Source: Gordonia jinhuaensis (GTDB taxonomy: Bacteria > Actinomycetota > Actinomycetes > Mycobacteriales > Mycobacteriaceae). Taken from it: a DNA stretch of 24,000 nt. Below, one piece after another: positions 22,738-24,000 of the stretch (within the stretch, counting starts at the first letter, position 1; every line of letters begins with the position of its first letter). The position numbers were made by a program, and so were the translations under genes. The notes below the pieces were generated by a model. It had not been told where the DNA came from and made no database searches. It saw only the letters and a list, made by a program, of their open reading frames with translations. The stretch spans positions 26,215 through 50,214 of the forward strand of contig NZ_BMGC01000014.1 in NCBI RefSeq assembly GCF_014639795.1. The letters are read 5' to 3'.

Positions 22738-24000
22738 ATGGGACATCGGGTTCACGCATTCGGCGACGACGCTCTCGGCCGTCTCGACGCAGTGGGGGTG
22801 GCTGCGGCGATCGCCGCCGGGGACGTCTCGCGCACCGAGGTGCTCGAGGCCGCGCTCGCACGCATCGACGCGGTCGAGCCGGAACTGCACGCCGTCGCGG
22901 TCGACGACCGGTCGGCGGCACGCCATCGCGATCGGGGCACGCACACCGCCGCGGGGTGCTTCGCGGGCGTGCCTTCTGTGATCAAGAACAACACCGCCGT
23001 GGCCGGTATCCCCACCCTGCACGGCTCGCGGGCCGTCCCCGCGACCCCCGCGACGCATGACGAACCGTTCACCACACAGTTCCGCGCCACGGGCGCGACG
23101 ATCGTCGCCGCCTCGACGCTGCCCGCCTTCGGGCTGACGGCCAGCACTGAGTTCGTCGACCGCGAACCGACCCGCAATCCCTGGGACACCGATCGCAGCG
23201 CCGGCGCCTCCTCCGGCGGATCGGCGGCCCTGGTGGCGGCCGGCGCGGTGCCGCTGGCCCAGGGCAATGACGGCGGCGGGTCCATCCGTATCCCGGCCGC
23301 GGCCTGTGGTCTGGTCGGGCTCAAACCGACTCGCGGTCGCCTCGCGGCCGCACCGCAGTCCCGGTCGATGCCGATCGATCTGGTGTGTGAGGGGGTGCTC
23401 ACGCGTACCGTGCGCGACACGGCCCGCTTCCTGGCCGAGGTCGAGCGCTTCGCCCCGGCCCGTTCACTGCCCCGGATCGGTCGGGTCGAGGCGCCGTCGT
23501 CGCGTCGCCTGCGGATCGCGGTGTTCACCGACCCGATCACCGGACCGCTCGACGCCGACACCCGCCTCGGTCTGTCGCAGACGGTGTCGGTACTCGAGTC
23601 GCTCGGCCATCGCCTCGATCCGGTCGACGTGCCCGTCGGCACCGAATTCGTCGACCAGTTCACCCTCTACTGGGGACTGATGGGTTTCGGCATCGACCAT
23701 CTCGGGGCACGTCTGTTCGGCGCCGGCTTCGATCGCACCCGGCTCGACCCGTTCACTCGGGAGCTGTCGCGACTGTTCGCGCGCAACTTCTACCGACTCC
23801 CCACAGCGCTGCGGGGCTTACGGCGGGCCAACGCTCGATTCCTCGGATTGTTCGCCGATCACGACGTGATCCTCTCTCCGACGCTCGCCCACACTCCCCC
23901 GCCGCTCGGCCATCTGAGCCCGGCCGGCGATTTCGACACCGTCTTCGAGCGTCTGGTGCGGTTTCTGGCTTTCACTCCGATCAACAACACCTCCGGCGCA
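22738..24000 (+). CDS. Amidase-signature (AS) family amidase, 3' end beyond the window
   Basis: I translated this frame by hand. From ATG 22738 it stays open for 421 codons to position 24000, and it is absent from the ORF track because it has no stop. N-terminus MGHRVHAFGDDALGRLDAVGVAAAIAAGDVSRTEVLEAALARIDAVEPELHA. Catalytic Lys context PSVIKNN. AS signature SAGASSGGSAALVAAGAVPLAQGNDGGGSIRIPAAACGLVGLKPTRGR. Confidence 0.9.
   Translation, partial: MGHRVHAFGDDALGRLDAVGVAAAIAAGDVSRTEVLEAALARIDAVEPELHAVAVDDRSAARHRDRGTHTAAGCFAGVPSVIKNNTAVAGIPTLHGSRAVPATPATHDEPFTTQFRATGATIVAASTLPAFGLTASTEFVDREPTRNPWDTDRSAGASSGGSAALVAAGAVPLAQGNDGGGSIRIPAAACGLVGLKPTRGRLAAAPQSRSMPIDLVCEGVLTRTVRDTARFLAEVERFAPARSLPRIGRVEAPSSRRLRIAVFTDPITGPLDADTRLGLSQTVSVLESLGHRLDPVDVPVGTEFVDQFTLYWGLMGFGIDHLGARLFGAGFDRTRLDPFTRELSRLFARNFYRLPTALRGLRRANARFLGLFADHDVILSPTLAHTPPPLGHLSPAGDFDTVFERLVRFLAFTPINNTSGA

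Noticed and set aside
22752-23663. 303-aa minus-strand ORF at the right end
   Set aside because: It is antisense to the amidase-signature CDS, which has clear catalytic motifs. Its own product is low-complexity (R/A/S/P) with no recognisable domain.

Overview
This window is high-GC actinobacterial core chromosome. The presence of an Ag85-type mycolyltransferase points to the mycolic-acid clade (Gordonia/Rhodococcus/Mycobacterium-like). Plus strand, left end: the 3' part of a TetR regulator, then a secreted Ag85-family mycolyltransferase/esterase ending in a strong intrinsic terminator. Minus strand: rpoC and rpoB, and directly upstream of rpoB in the same orientation a complete Mce ABC-importer locus (mkl/mceG, yrbEA, yrbEB, mceA-F, two Mce-associated membrane proteins). 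Right end: an amidase-signature gene diverges from mkl on the plus strand and runs off the window. It has no stop codon in the window and is missing from the supplied ORF track. The many long ORFs antisense to these genes are high-GC shadow frames. I found no tRNA/rRNA, CRISPR array, transposase/integrase or defence-like gene, and no convincing evidence of an undescribed system. Points worth a second look: the linkage of a full mce operon with its own ATPase to the rpoBC locus; in-frame tandem repeats in the two Mas proteins; a long acidic tail on MceG; an intergenic minisatellite between two convergent terminators; structured rpoB-rpoC and rpoB-leader regions; and two start-codon corrections. 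All protein identifications rest on motifs recognised by eye and recalled homologues, with no database search.
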